A stretch of 64,000 nucleotides of DNA, taken from the NCBI GenBank assembly GCA_905178155.1, contig CAJINV010000005.1:8344556-8408555 (forward strand). The letters run 5' to 3'. The translations under genes were made by a program, and so were the position numbers. Source of the stretch: Amoebophrya sp. A120. Lineage: Eukaryota; Protista; Dinoflagellata. The notes under the pieces are model-generated. The model worked only from the letters and a program-made list of their open reading frames with translations, did not search any database and was not told where the DNA came from. Within the stretch, counting starts at the first letter, position 1. Every line of letters starts with the position of its first letter. Positions 24,390 to 38,400 of this stretch are shown piece after piece.

Positions 24390-26452
24390 GTGGGTGGAGA
24401 TTTACTTGGGTAGTAATCGGGAAAAAAAAATTTTGCGCTTCTTCGTTTTCCGGGGTGATTTTTCGATAAACTATCAGTTCGAGTTCGTCGTTTCAGTTTT
24501 ATTTCACCGCACGAGAGTTTCGTTATCAGCCTCTGTTTATGCCGCGTTGTGTTCGTCGTTGCAGACTTTGATTTCTGTCAACGCCGGCGGGTCTTGCGCA
24601 AGAACTAAGATGATTTCACAACTTGGTCGTGCCGAAAGTAATGTTTCAGTTTCAAAATGTAAGCACAGCTGCAGGATGAATGTTTCCGCCTCATCGCGAA
24701 GAGGAGGATGGCAAGAACGTGCTGCGCAACTTGCCGCGCCTTTGTGGAGAAATAGATCAAGCAGGAGAAAGATTTGAGTATGCATTTTTTGTACGCGAAG
24801 CGAACGACTTGATCTTGAAGCCGTTGTCGTTCTTGACTTTGAATTTGAAACACCAAAGACGAAGGAGTGCAGCACATCTACTTACTGTGTGGGGCTCGAG
24901 AAGTGGCTTCTGCACCAGCGAAACAGTCATGTTCAATAAAATGCAAGTATACTACAACACGGAAGATAATGAACATCAGGAAGTTGCTGTGATACGACTC
25001 GCGCAAGGAAAACAAGATCCTGAATCCACCGCTATAGAAAAGAGCGCGCAGTGATTGTCATTGTGATTGACCTGTTTGTTTGCTAGAGGCTTTTTGTTGA
25101 TGTTGCTCCTTTTAGTCCGAGACGAACAATATTAAAGCGAGATGAAGCAGCGAACGACAACCACTGTAGAGACGTTTTTTACGCTGTCGAGAACGAAGTT
25201 GTACATTTAAAGCTGTGATTAACGTTCTGGCTTCTATTTTCTACGTGTGATAATTCTTCTATTCAAGAGACGAGTTGCGTGATTGACTCTTTTGCTCAAG
25301 GACCTCCTTTTTGACAAACATAAGCATAAATCAGTAGTATAGTCTTACATCATCCTATCACGGCAACTGATCTCATCTCTTTTGCTAGGTAAAACTCATA
25401 TTTAAAGTCTGAATTCAAATCGAAACGAAAAACTTCTGCCAACATTTTTTTCTTTTTAACATTCATAGGATTGCACAAACCACTTAGCCGGTGGTTGCAA
25501 GCACATAGATGTACGTAGTCGGGTGAAAAGCCATTGCCAATTTTAAGTCGTTTTTTTCATATAGGTTTACATCGCGACTACATCTGCTTTTTTTGAAACG
25601 TGCTGGCAAATTATGCACTACCTTCACGGGCAGCAGCTTCTCTTCCTTCCCACGACATCAAGCCGGAGGGGAACAACTGTCTCGACGTTGTGCGACGCTT
25701 GTCCGACGTGCCGCTCGATGCAGAACGGCCTGTCGTGCTTCGTAGCAGTGTCAGGAGGGCTTCTTCTTGTCACAAACAATAGCGAAGGACAGTAAAACCG
25801 ACAAAATGGTGGTCGATTATTTTCTGTGTGGTGAGCAGAAGGGCAACAACGTCGGCTGCACCAACTGCCGTGGAGATGAAGGACCATTTGACTTTCTTCA
25901 CATGTGTTCCTGGGACAAGGCTTCTTCGATAGGCGGGCATGAAGTAGATCATGACGCAGCATCTTCAAGAACTACGATCAGCAGAGGGACAATAAGAAGT
26001 GGTGGTCGCATAACGATACCGGCACCAATTTTGCAAGAACTAGTCAACGACAAGGAAGAAGAGCGAGATGTACAAAAACGACCCTGTGGTGCTGGTGCAT
26101 TCCTGGACGAGGATATTCTGGTGCGCCATCAACATGCCGGCAGTCTTTATTCGGCGTCGACTCCGCTGGGCAGACCCAATCTTCACGCTGCGACGCGAAC
26201 AGCACTCAGCCCCGCGAGTTGTGTAGTGAGCTGGCACTGCTAGTATTAACCTTAAGCAACCAGGACGAACGTTCAACGACGGATACTAGAAGCCAGCAGT
26301 TATGTATTGCACTAGTTCTTGCCCCATTACGACCTCATTACATCACACCACTTGACGAGAGCAGCCTTTTCTTCACCTCATTTTGCCAGTAAGTACGCGA
26401 CGAACCGTAAAGTTATAGACCGAAGCAGCAGCAATTATCCAGGGCCGCGACC

Positions 26453-29400
26453 ATGTCTTCTAATACGCCACTTGACGAAAATATTGGGAGCGATGCCCTG
26501 CTCGCCCCCGTTTCTTCGCCTGCGGACGTCGACCCAGAAAATGGTGAGGACATGATCATGACACCGCAAGGCGCGCAATTTTCCAGCCCCTTGGAAACAA
26601 GCATGGTGGAAGTAGATGAGAATGATGAACAAGAAGAGCACCTGTTCCAGGAGGAAGACGGGGAGCAAGAAGAACTTCCCGCACTTGATGTTGGTGCTGA
26701 AGGTATTCCTACCCAAGAAGACGACACAGCACGTCCAGAGCCAGGTCCTGTTGTCGAAGAGGAGGAGGGGCAAGTTTATGAAGATGAAGATGACAATGCA
26801 CATGCACATCAACCACAAGCATCACACGCCCAGCTACCGTCCAGTAGTAACCTCGAAGAGCTTGACGGCCAAGCTCCGACGCAAAGCGTGGAGCCTAAAA
26901 CTGGCTCGTCTTACCCCAGAACCCATCGGAAAGTCCGTTCTCGGCCCGCCGAAAATGAAGATTCAGCAACCGACGCAGCAGCTGAGGATGTGTTTGATGT
27001 GGAGCAAAGTGAAGTAGCACAACAAGGCGAAAATCAAATAAGCGAAGGTAAGCCAGTCAAATCTTCGACTTCGTCGTCGAGTTCAAAGCTGAAAAAAACC
27101 GCGTCGGCGCCGGTGAACACGACGACCAAAAGTGCTGGCACCTCTACAGGAAGCAAGAAGGAGCGCTTGATACAGGTGCAAACCGAGAACATTACCGGAT
27201 CATCATCTGCTTCTGCAAATCATAGCTCGTCTTCCGCGGCAAGTAACGACGGTGAGGCGGGGTTGAATGGGGACGGGGACGACGACGACACGGTAGAGCA
27301 GGTTCCTCCTCATCCCCAAGACTCTGCGCCCGCCTCTTCACGTGCTCCACGGTCCCGACCCAATACACCTGCAGAAAATAATCTTCCAGGAGACAGCGCA
27401 TCATCTTCAACCGGTGCAACTACGTATCTGGTCCGTCCCTCCGCAGCAGCCTCGGCGCCGTCAGCGACGTCTACGGGAAGTGCGAGTAAACAAGAAAAAT
27501 CGATGAAATCCGGCATAGCTTCCTCGAAGCAGTCACCCGCGGCAGGTACAACCAGTACTACTGCTGCCGCTTCGCCCGGTGGGGTGATAATGGCCGCGAC
27601 TCCAGGGCCAGCAGGGTCAGCTTCCTCTACAACAGTTTCTGTCGCTCCACTGTCCAAAAAACACCGCATTTCATCCCGGAGTTCGCCGACAGAAAAGCAA
27701 GCTTCTAGCACGTCGAGCACAGCAGCAGGACCCCAAGCCGCTTCGTCTTCTTCTAAATCTGCACAGCAGCCTGCTGTAACTACAACAGCGGTAGATAACA
27801 GCAAGACCAGCTCTACTGGTGCGTCGTTTACCTCTTTTGCTTTCAAGCCGGAGAGACGAAAAAGCTCGAAGGAAAGGGTTGTCGTTGTGACGCAAAATTT
27901 AAATTATAACCCACCGCTGCAGCATCACAGCACGAATTCCGAACTTGAAGATGACGAAGGGTTCACAAAAGTGGTGAAGAAAAAGAAGCAAAAGAAGGAA
28001 CAGAAGGATAGGGAACAAAATACCATTCAGGGTAACGAGGATAGAAGCAATAAAGTACTAGCTCCTCACGCAGGAACTGCAACTGCAGGAGAAGCGGAAG
28101 ATGAAGAGGAGGAACAAGAGCAAGAGCGGTTAATAACCCCCGAGCCTTCTACTTCCAGCAGTAAGAGCAAGAAAGCTGGTTCTGAAAAAGCTCAAGATAT
28201 ATTGAACAAGCCGGGCGTGGTTAATATGAAGTCCTCTGCAATGAAGTCAAGTGCAACGAAACAAAACTCGGCTTCCGCTTCCAGTCTGGATCAAAGGGCC
28301 GCGACTTCATCTGCCCCCGCTGGAGGATCTTCTGCTTCGAAATTGTCCAGCGCGTCTACTCCGAATGTATTGAAAGCCGTCGCCTCAGATGGGAACGTGG
28401 TTAAGAAGTCAAAGTCCTCTAAATCGTCAAGTGCGAATGCGAATCCGCCCCCCAGTCCGGCGCAGATGAATGTTCTTCCGCTATTAGCGCCTGTGCAGGA
28501 ACACCAACAGCCGTCGAACGAGATAAGTTCAAAGTCCAAATCTTCTACTTCGAAACGCGGAAAGATTGATCGCCAGACGAGCAGGGAGGAGGTGGTGGTG
28601 GAACATGTAGATAGCACGACCACTTCCCGCGTTGAGACGGGTAGTACTAACAAAAAGGTGGTCAACGTAGTTGTGCAGCAGAAGGAGACGAACTACAGCA
28701 GAACAAAAGCAGGCAGCTCGAGCGCGAGGGAACAGAGGGAACTACAAGCGGCCCAGAACTTCTCTAGCAAGAGCAAAGCCGGTCCGTCAGCATCATCATC
28801 GTCTGCGACTAGTACTTCCAAAGCGACGAGTTCGAAAATGAGCAAGCGTACCAAAATTGCTATGCAACAACGAGAACATCAACAAGCTCCGGAGGAGTTG
28901 GAAGACCACGAAGACTTTCAATCTGCAAGCAGCTCCTCCTCCGTAGAAGAAGATGAAATCGAAAACCGAAAGGACGACCAAGACCACCACTCCAGCCAGG
29001 AACCTAGTTCTGGCCCGGAGGATCGTGTCGACGATGGAGATGAATCGTCAGCACATCACGACGACGAACACCAGGAAACCAGCAGTCACTTCGCCTCTGA
29101 GGCGGACCACGACCTCGATTCGCAATCCCACTCCCTATCCCACTCCCCGAGGTCACTGCACGGTGCAACGGCGGATCTGTCGCAGATTTCGGAAGAAGAC
29201 TCTGCAGGTCACCAGGAGGAGGACAGTGAGGACGGGACAACGAGGAATGATATGAGTGCGCGACAAGATCAAGATGACCGAGACAGCACAAGATTTGTTG
29301 CACAACAAGAGCAGCACTACAATTCCTCCCGTCACACCTCCACCTCCCCCGCTGCATCCTCCGCCAGGACCAGCGAAGAAGAGGACTCCACCCCCGTTGC

Positions 29401-32400
29401 GGTGGCAGTGGTGACAGGTACAGCATTGAAGCCGCGACGGGAAAGACTCGCTGCGCCGGCAGCTGTTGTCCAGACTGGGACCACAGGAGCAGCCGCAGCT
29501 TCTTCTTCGTCAAAAAGCTCAAGGCAGCAGAGAGACAACGTCAACTCGAAAGCTAGTGCTAGTACAACTTCCGCGATAATAAAGACGCCAAAGGACCAAC
29601 TTACAACCATAACGGGGGGTCTACTCATCGGCTTCAGAACTTTTTGAAAACTTTTCGAAAACTTTTGAAAACAGAGAAAAGCGATGACGCGAAACCACCA
29701 AGGTCCGACGCCCTTTTTTGGCGGCGTGCCGTCGTGTTTCGTGGTCATATATGCTGACCGATAAAAGGCGCGCGCGCTGCCGTCGGTCACACGTGAACCA
29801 CGGGCGGAATACTCTCCGCAGACTTGTAATCTCTTGCGCGCTTGAACAGCGTCGCGCGCCGCCCAAACTGGGCCGCGTCCTTGATATATGTAGTCACGCA
29901 TGACAAGGCTTTGATCCACCCCTTCGCGTTTCGCCTAGGGACAAACGCACTCGGTTGGCCGTGCTGTTTATTTGACCGCGGGACAAACGCACTTGGGTGG
30001 CCACCCCCCCACCCGGGGCCAGCCCTCCTCCTTTTCGCCTGGCAGGGTCTAGGGTTTAGGGCTTGGCCCTCCTCCTTTTCGCAGGGCTTGGGTTTTGGTT
30101 TAGGGTTTGGGGCTTAGGGCCTAGGGCCTCGGTTCTCAGGCGCAGCGCGCCGGCCTTGAGAGGCGTGTCTGGAGAGGTCCAGGGGGTGCGCCCCTGCGCC
30201 GCGTTGCGTACGTTTGTAAACTCCACAAGAAAAAGCGGCGCAGCCGAAGAAGCAAGCTCTGACTTCTGTTACCTTTTTGGCGCCTGTGCTGACCCCAGGC
30301 ACGGCGGCACGCCGCCAGAAAGGAGCGAGAATGCTGAGTCTTCAAAAAGTACAAAAGAAGCGCTACCCAGACACGAAGCAGGGTGGCACTGCCTGCGAAA
30401 TAGGCAAAGCTCACGGCTCAGGTTTTGTAGTCTTTTTGGCGCCGTGCCGTCGCGTTTCGTGGTCATATACGCTGACCGATAAAAGGCGCGCGCGCTGCCG
30501 TCGGTCACACGTGAATCGCGGGCGGAATCCCCTCAGCAGATTTTTAATTTATTACGCGTTTGAACGGCGTGCCGTCCTGTTTCGTGATAGGTTTGGACCC
30601 CGGAGCCGGGGCGAAAAGTTGTATACTTTACATGCGACGAATAACGTGGGCGGTAACGTTATCCACGGCGGCACCGCGTAGGCAAAAAAGCGCGCTTTTT
30701 CAACTTTTGCTCGAATTCTGAGGCAAAACACGACCTGAGCGCCCATTTTGAAAAGTTTTTTTTTTGCACTTTTGGGCTATATGTGAAAAACCAAAACCGA
30801 TGGCATGATGCCGCTTTTCTGGTCCTCGAAAAAACGAATCCCGAGCTAATTCCCGAAAAAAAAAACTTTTAAAAAACTTTTTAAAAACTTTCTTTTGGGG
30901 CACCAAAATCGTGCCGGTTTCAAGCAGAATCCGCCGCGGGGAGCTTCAAGAAGGGAGGCCAGAAAAAAAGTTTTTTCGGGGTTTTTTCGGGCTCGTTTCG
31001 GGCTCACCGAAATAGCACAGCAAAAAAGTCGCACTTTTTGGCCTCCGCCGTACCACCGTGCCAAAGTCAGCATTGCTCCAGCGCCGATGGTATGCTGGTG
31101 GTGTTTTTTTGTTATGTTTTGCCAATGCCGGCGCTTTTGCGTCTGAGTCAAGCTTTTGGGTTTTTTGGTAGTGCAAATAGCTTGGGCGATGACGGAAAAG
31201 CTAGAAGTTGAGTTTAGTGCTAGACTCTGGAAGAGCTGGAGTCGGAGTATGATACTGGATCACGGGGCATCGCTACACTTATTTCTCGGCTTGATTTCGT
31301 GATCATAGGTTTGGACCCGGAGCCGGGGTGGGCAACTGTATACTTTTTTACATGCGAAGAATACCGCTGGCGGTAGCATTATCTATGCACGGCGGCGCGG
31401 CGTAGGGTAAAACGCGCGAGCTCTCGACTTTTGCTCAAATTCTGAGGCAAGGCGCGACCTTTGCGCCCATTTCAAAAAGTTTGCTTTGCGCTTTTTCGCT
31501 ATATCTGGAAAATCAGAAGAAACCGACAGCATGGCGCCACTTTCCTGACCTTCAAAAAAAAACTCCCGAGCTGATTCTGGAAAAAAAAACTGCTGGAAAA
31601 CTTTCCAAAAGCTTGCACATGGGGCACCAAAACGGTGCCGGATTCAAGCAGAAGCAGCAGCGGGGAGCTTCGGGAAGGGCGGCCAGATAAAAAGTTTTTT
31701 CGGGTTCGTTTCGGGCTCACCGAGGTAGCACTGTAAGAGCTTGCATTTTTTGGCCTCCACCATACCGCCGTGCCAAAATCAGCACTGTTCCGGCGCCGCT
31801 GTTAATTATGTTGGTGGTGTTTTTTGTTATGTTTCGCCAATGCCGGCACTTTTGCGATGGAGGGGGTTCGCTGAGTCAAGCTGTTGGGGTTTTTGATGTT
31901 TGGTCTCCCTCTTTGATACTACGAACAGAAAGCAAACCTTTTCGGTCTTTTGCCTTGACCAGGAAGCCCGCCGGTGTTGCAGGCTGAGCCACCAAGCTCG
32001 GCGCTGCCTCAACCTTCTCAGGTTCGGGCGTTTTTCACTGTGGCGGAGTGCGCAAACTGGGCACCCACGAAAAGCGCGGGACCCCATCGGTCACACTGGA
32101 ACCGCGATGGCATGCTGGGGCTCGATCTCGTGTTGGCCGTGCAGTCATTGGCCACGAAGTTGCGCGGCAGCTTCTTTGACGAGCAGGCCGGCGGGAAATT
32201 CAAAGTCTTCGAAAAGTTTTTGAAAAGTTCTGCAAAGTTTAGCACAGACCCCCCGTTATGGTTGTAACCAACAGCAAACAGACACAGTAGCAACGACCCT
32301 TGCTGACGGTGCATCAAGTAGGCAACGGAGTAAGAAGAGCGAGAAAGAAAACAAAACTGATCTTCGCGACTTGGGTGTAGCTGCTCCAAGCACGGAAAAG

Positions 32401-35400
32401 AGAAAAAAGTCGGAGATAGCAGCTGCCGTGTCCGCGAGCGCGACTACTACAGCCGGGAGCAGGCGCACAAAGGACTCTGCAGCGCCAAGCGCTGCTGGTG
32501 TGCAAGTAGATCCGGCGAGTAGTTCTACTTCTCGTAGGAAATCAAAACCGCAAGAGCAGGTGATTCAAGAGGAAAGCAGCAGTAGCTCGTCCTCCGAGTC
32601 GGAGTCGGAGGAGGATGTGATCGATGCTGATGACCAGATTGATGTTGATGAAGAAACTTCGTCTGATTCGGTCGAGGAAGTAGAACCCAGAGTTGTGGTA
32701 CAACAACAGCAGGCCGTATCGAAGAAAAAAACTATGTGACTGTAGGTCTTGCGAAAAGTGCTGAGATTTTTGATAGCAAAAGTTCAACAATTTTTTTAAT
32801 GCAAGGGAGCATCTTTATCGCGCTGCCTTATTTGTTGCCATGCTTGGGCAGTATGTCGCCAGGGGCTGCTTCCGTAGTATGTATTTTTAGCAAGCTAAGA
32901 AGGCAGGGCCCGCTATGGTGCTCCGGAACCGGACGGACCACACGGGAGCCTGTCTTCATATCAGCACTTGGCCCCACCCGTAACAGCAGGGGGCGATGGT
33001 CGAAGGCCTCGACTAGGTCGGTTGTGTGTCATCCTGGTACTTTCGGCTGTGCGCCCAACAGGAACACGACGGCCCGCATTTCCGCCAGCCATCGGGCTTC
33101 TGCCATCGACTGAAGGCCGGCTTCTGAGGAGCTGAGATGAGCACACGCTGAACCCAAGGAGAAGAAACTTGCATGAGTGTAAATTGTAGAAGATTTCGCA
33201 GCGAGTGCGGGATGAAAATTGTTCGTCAGATTTTCTTCAAAGTGGGCAAATTTCCGACCCTCTTTGGAGGGGTCCGCCGACGTTTTCGATTTCGCTACAC
33301 AAGTTTTTTTCTCTTCTCGAGTCCCCACCTAAGAGAAGATTTCCGATGTAATGTAAATTTTTTAGTGTAACGAAAATTTTCGCGTTTCCTACCCTTGCTC
33401 GAGAGGGTCCTAAGGACCCCCCCGGACGAATAATTTTTTTGAACCTACACAAACCGAGAATCCTTCTCCGAGCTACACAAGTCTCGTTTTCTTCTATCGC
33501 GTGCCACATTTGCCGGCAGCGGCAAAGCTGACAGCACGTCCAGAAGCAGAGGGGCAAAGAGGAGAAGAAGCTGCTCAAAAAGAAAACGAGACCTGCGCGC
33601 AGACCATGCGCGCAAAGTCTCGAGCCTGTATATGCTTGACACGGTTGGCGACCTCCGCCCGTGGTCGCGTGTCGCGTCTCAGGCGAACTAATGGCGCCAG
33701 GGGCAAGATCCGTGGGCAGGGAAAAGACGGGGGTCGCGAGATTTTCTTGAAAGCTTCTCCCCGCCCTAGCCATTAGCCTACACCGAAGCAACCGCTGCCA
33801 GCTTTGAATAGATAAACCGAGCGCATGAACAGCAGCACTCACCAGGTGAGGGACCGTGGCGGGGGTTGAGAGTTTTTGACTTTTGCATATGAAAAAAATC
33901 ACTACTTTTTGGAAGACCTACAGTCACATAGTTTTTTTTTTGGATAGGCCGTCGCTGCCGCCTCGAGTTCCAGCCGAACAGGAGGCAGTAGATTTTCTCG
34001 ACGGGATATTGTGAGGAAAAATCCCCCCTCCCCATATCGAAAGCGAAATTTGTGTTGCTGTATTTGAGTACACAAATCGCATTTGTCTTGCTGGAGAGGA
34101 CTGCAGACCCATATCAAGCCTGAGTAGAGAGGCTTTGACTTAGGCGCTTAGCATGAAAAGCGTCCGTGATGTTGGCTCAACAGCATGACAAACCGCCTCC
34201 ATAATGGGACGGAAGCTGCTGCCCTTGTCTTCTTGCAACACAAACGTGATTTGTGACCTCAAATCAGCAACACAAATTTTCGAAAACCTACCTCTTCAAT
34301 ATGGGGAGGGGGGATTTTTCCTTGCGATACGGGATGTGAAGGAGAAAGAGGCAAAGCAAAAACGAAGCAAAAACAAAGGGCGGAGAGGACAGCAGGAAAC
34401 TAGGCAGGACCACGCCGAAACAGATTCTTCGCAAGAACAACAAGTTCATCGGCAACTACAGGAGGACGGTCGTGTCGGTTTAGCTGCGACGTCCGAATCG
34501 GACGAGGAGATCATCGTGAATCAAGAGCAGGTCGTTTCTGCTAGTACCGCTGCAGCTACGAGTTCGAAAGAGAAAAGAAGGCGACCAAGCAACGCGGTTG
34601 GGAACATTCAGCAACCGGCAGCTTCGTCGACGCAGCTCGCTGTTCTTCCGGAGAAGAAGAAATCTAGGACTTCGAATTTGCAAGTAGAACAACAACAGGT
34701 GGAAGTGGTTGACAAAAAGAAAAGGAAAAAGTCCTCGTCTTCCAAGCCACAGGCGGCTGCTCTCGAGAAAAAACGGTCCTCCTCGGCGAACGTTGCTAGA
34801 AAAGAGCAAATAAAGGAAAGCAGAACAAATGTTGATCGAGATAATTATGCTGGGGCAACTAGAGATAGACTCGTAGAAAAGGAAAGCAGTAAGAAACTGG
34901 AGAAGAAGACCAGCAGAACAGGACTAGGGGTACTAGAGGGAGCAGTAATTCCGGCACAGCAGTCCGCAATGGGCACCAAGAAATCCAGCCGAGCGCAGCT
35001 GGCGGCCACGTCGCAGCAGAAAGAGATGTCGACTACGCGGGACAGTAGAGAACCGATGGCGAATAAAGACACGGCGATGTCCTCGAGTAGGAAGAAGAAA
35101 AAGAAGAAGCGGGTTGTTCAAGAGTCGACTTCCGAATACTCTTCTGTTGTGTCAGACGACGAAGCTGTTTCGGATGATTATGCGTCCTCTCGTCGACAAG
35201 GTACAACTACTGCGGTTGTGCAACAGACGAGCAGAACTAAGCTAGTCGCCAGCTCGAGTTCAACATCTCGCAGTTCAACGGACCAGTCAGAGCAGGATAG
35301 AGTTCAGCAGTCGTCTGACAGATTGTCTAGCTCTTCCTCTGGCGCAGCGAGCTCCACTTCCGAAGAAGAAATTATCGAGCAGCAACTACCGAGTACCAGC

Positions 35401-38400
35401 TCCAAGACAAAAGCTGGGCACGACAGACGCGGAGCAGGAGACCACACCAGGGGCGATAGAACGTACAAACAAGTTGTAGAACAGCAATCCACTGCGGGTG
35501 GAGCGACTAGTAGTACAACAACGACACGGGCCGATCGGGAGAGCAAGAGGAGTGCAGCTGCCCAGACGATGAGAGACAATGATAAAGCAACTTCCGAGCA
35601 GCAGACGAACATGATATCGAAAGAAAAGCTCACCCCACGGAAAACTGCTCGGTCGGAACAAGCTACGAGTTCGAAGATCAAAGACTCCTCCGCGACAAAA
35701 TCTACAAGTGAGAAAAAACGGAAAAATAAACCGGTCACGAAGGTAAAGTTCGCGCCGGAAGAAAGGACTGGTGCCGGAGCATCTTCTTCAAGTAGAGCTG
35801 TATGGGGTTCTCAAACGTTACATTCTCAACTGTTACATGATTTGTCATGCAAAATGACCATGAGCATGACCCGCCAGACGATCAAGCTCCTGCGCATGAC
35901 AAATTCTGGGAGGGCTAAGCAGCGCTATAATCCGCACCAAACCTGTAATGCAAGACGCGCAAGGTTCTCCCTCTCATCTGTGCTAGTCTTGCATTACAAG
36001 TTCATGGAGCAGTTGAGAATGTAACGTTTGAGAACGCCATAAGCTGCAGGAGATCGTCAACAGCTTGTTCAACATCCAGGTAGCAGTTCCAGCGCGGCCT
36101 CGTCTAGTGACGTATGCATTGCAAAAGCATCGTACTAGTATAAATTGCATCACAAATTTTTTCAAAAGGAACAATTCAATTTGTAATGCTAATTTAGCTA
36201 AGAGTCTAGATTTGTCATGCATAGCTGCAATTACTACGAGTGCGATACTTTTGCACAGGATATGACGACGGTAACTACAATAATGAAGACATCGCCCGAG
36301 TGCAGGTTCGCGATGAGAACAACTTCGAAGACGAAGAGCCAGCGGGACAACTTCAAAACCGGAACAACCAACAAACCAACCAAAATGCGATTGTCCGGCA
36401 GCGTGCCCCGAGTTTAGAGAACGCGGAAGATGAGGTAGTGGAGCAGAGTATGAACTGCAAAAGTATCGTACTCGTATAAATGCATTACAAATTTTCTCAG
36501 CATGAAAAATGAAATTTGTAATGCCGATTTGCGTTGAAAAAGAAATTTGTAATGCAAGACCTGCATTTACCCGAGTACGATACTTTTGCACAGGATACAG
36601 AGTCCGAAGGGACGATTTTCCCGGTTTAACCGCAGACTCGGCGCGGGGTCGTATAAACAGGTCTACCTCGGCTTTGACAACGACACCGGTCGGGAGGTGG
36701 CGTGGAATGTCATCCCCTTCATGCGAATGACGGAGACCGAAAAGAAGCGGATTCAGGACGAGATTAACATCACGAAATCGCTGGACCACCCGAGAATCAT
36801 CCACTGCATGAACGCCTGGAAGAATAGCGTATTTTTTGTATGATTTTTTTCTTTAACGATCCGCGATCATCTTCATATTTATCTCCCCACGCTTCGACCC
36901 AGTTCCGCGGCCAACGCAGTTAGGGTTTCAGGATTTAGCAAGTTCTTTACTAGGCTTTATGGTTCTTTTAGTTTCCCTTCACGTTGGCGTTCTTCACTTG
37001 CTGTCCTTTGTGCATGGGTACTTCTAGCGTTTTTGCTCTTGCTACTGTTCTCGCAACACACAGCGTCAACATCGATTTCATCAAAACAGCAACGCGAGGA
37101 GGTGATTTTCATCACGGAGCGTGTGACCGGTGGTTCCCTCCGGAACTACGTGAACCGGCTTGGTGGGCCGTTGAAGCTAAAGGTGATCCGCAACTGGGCG
37201 CACCAGATTCTAGAGGGCTTGCAGTACCTGCACAGCACCAAGCCGAATCCGGTGATCCACCGGGATTTGAAGTGCGACAACATTTTCATCAACGGCAACG
37301 TCGGGCAAATTCTGATCGGCGACCTGGGATTGAGTTCCTGGCTGAAGAAGGACAATAGTAGGTCTCACTCCGGGTATATCAAAGAAAAAAAGTTCGTCAC
37401 GATCACTCATGCGCATTCTTGCAATACAAAATTGTTTGTCATGCGTAAAAATGCACCACAGCCAAACTTCATTAGGGATTTTCCTAGTGTTTCTGCAATA
37501 CAAGGAACGTTTGTGATGCTGAGAAAATTTGTAATGCAAAGCCTGCAAGTTAGTGACTGTGATAAACTTTTTTCTCTCCATAGGGTACGTTGCGCAATCC
37601 ATTGTCGGGACTCCGGAGTTTATGGCGCCGGAATTGTACGATGAGAGATACGGCACCCCGGTGGATATCTACGCCTTCGGGATGTGTTTGGTGGAACTGA
37701 CAAGCCGGCAATTTCCCTTCGTCGAGTGCCAGACGACGATGCAGGTCTACAACAAGGTGATGAAGGGGGAGCAGCCCAGAGTTGTCGAGCTGATCAAAGA
37801 CCCGAATCTGAAGGACTTGATCCAAAAATGCCTGCAGAAGGACCCCAATTTGCGACCCAGTGCGGAGGAAGCGACCAACCACCCCTTCATCCATCTGGAC
37901 TCCTATCAGCTGCAAAAATGTCTGGGTCTGGAAGGATGCGAACTTGTGATGCGTGTTGCGGATCATACAAAAATCTGTGTTGCGTGACTTGAAAAAGGTC
38001 CCCATTTCTGGCCATTCTGAGAGGGCATTTCTCATGCAGAATAGGCATCACCAAGGGGCTCCAGAACCTGTGATGCCAGGCCCTGCATTACAGGAGACTT
38101 GGCGGAGCTTGGAAAAACTGCATGACAAGTCTCGGAATCTTCGAGACCCAGACATTTTTGCAATGCATAACTCCGCGGCTGACGCCAGTTATCTCGACGC
38201 GCTGTGCGAATTGTTGGACGAGCAGGAGTATGAAATGCAAGAATGTCTGGGTCTGGAAGGTGGCAACTTGTGATGCTGTCGTTGGAAGGTAAAAGAAATC
38301 TGTATTGCATGACCAGCAAGAGGAGTTCAGTTTGTGCTACGCGGAGTGGGCGTTTCTCATGCGGAATACGCATCAGAAGGCCCTTTAAAAATCTGTGATG

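Larger units (their letters stand above)
29601..32267. mobile_element. 2.67-kb non-autonomous TIR element acting as an intron in WNK
   Basis: TTACAACCATAACGGGGGGTCT...AGACCCCCCGTTATGGTTGTAA with subterminal GAAAACTTTT repeats; TSD ccaac; removal joins TPKDQ|QQTDTV. Confidence 0.9.

Noticed and set aside
24680-26243. ORFs 24680-25054 and 25767-26243 as genes
   Set aside because: No recognisable domain and no in-frame splice junction I could establish; they may be terminal exons or UTR.
29621-33902. A transposase inside the two large TIR elements
   Set aside because: Only short ORFs are present, with no recognisable DDE, HTH or zinc-finger motifs.
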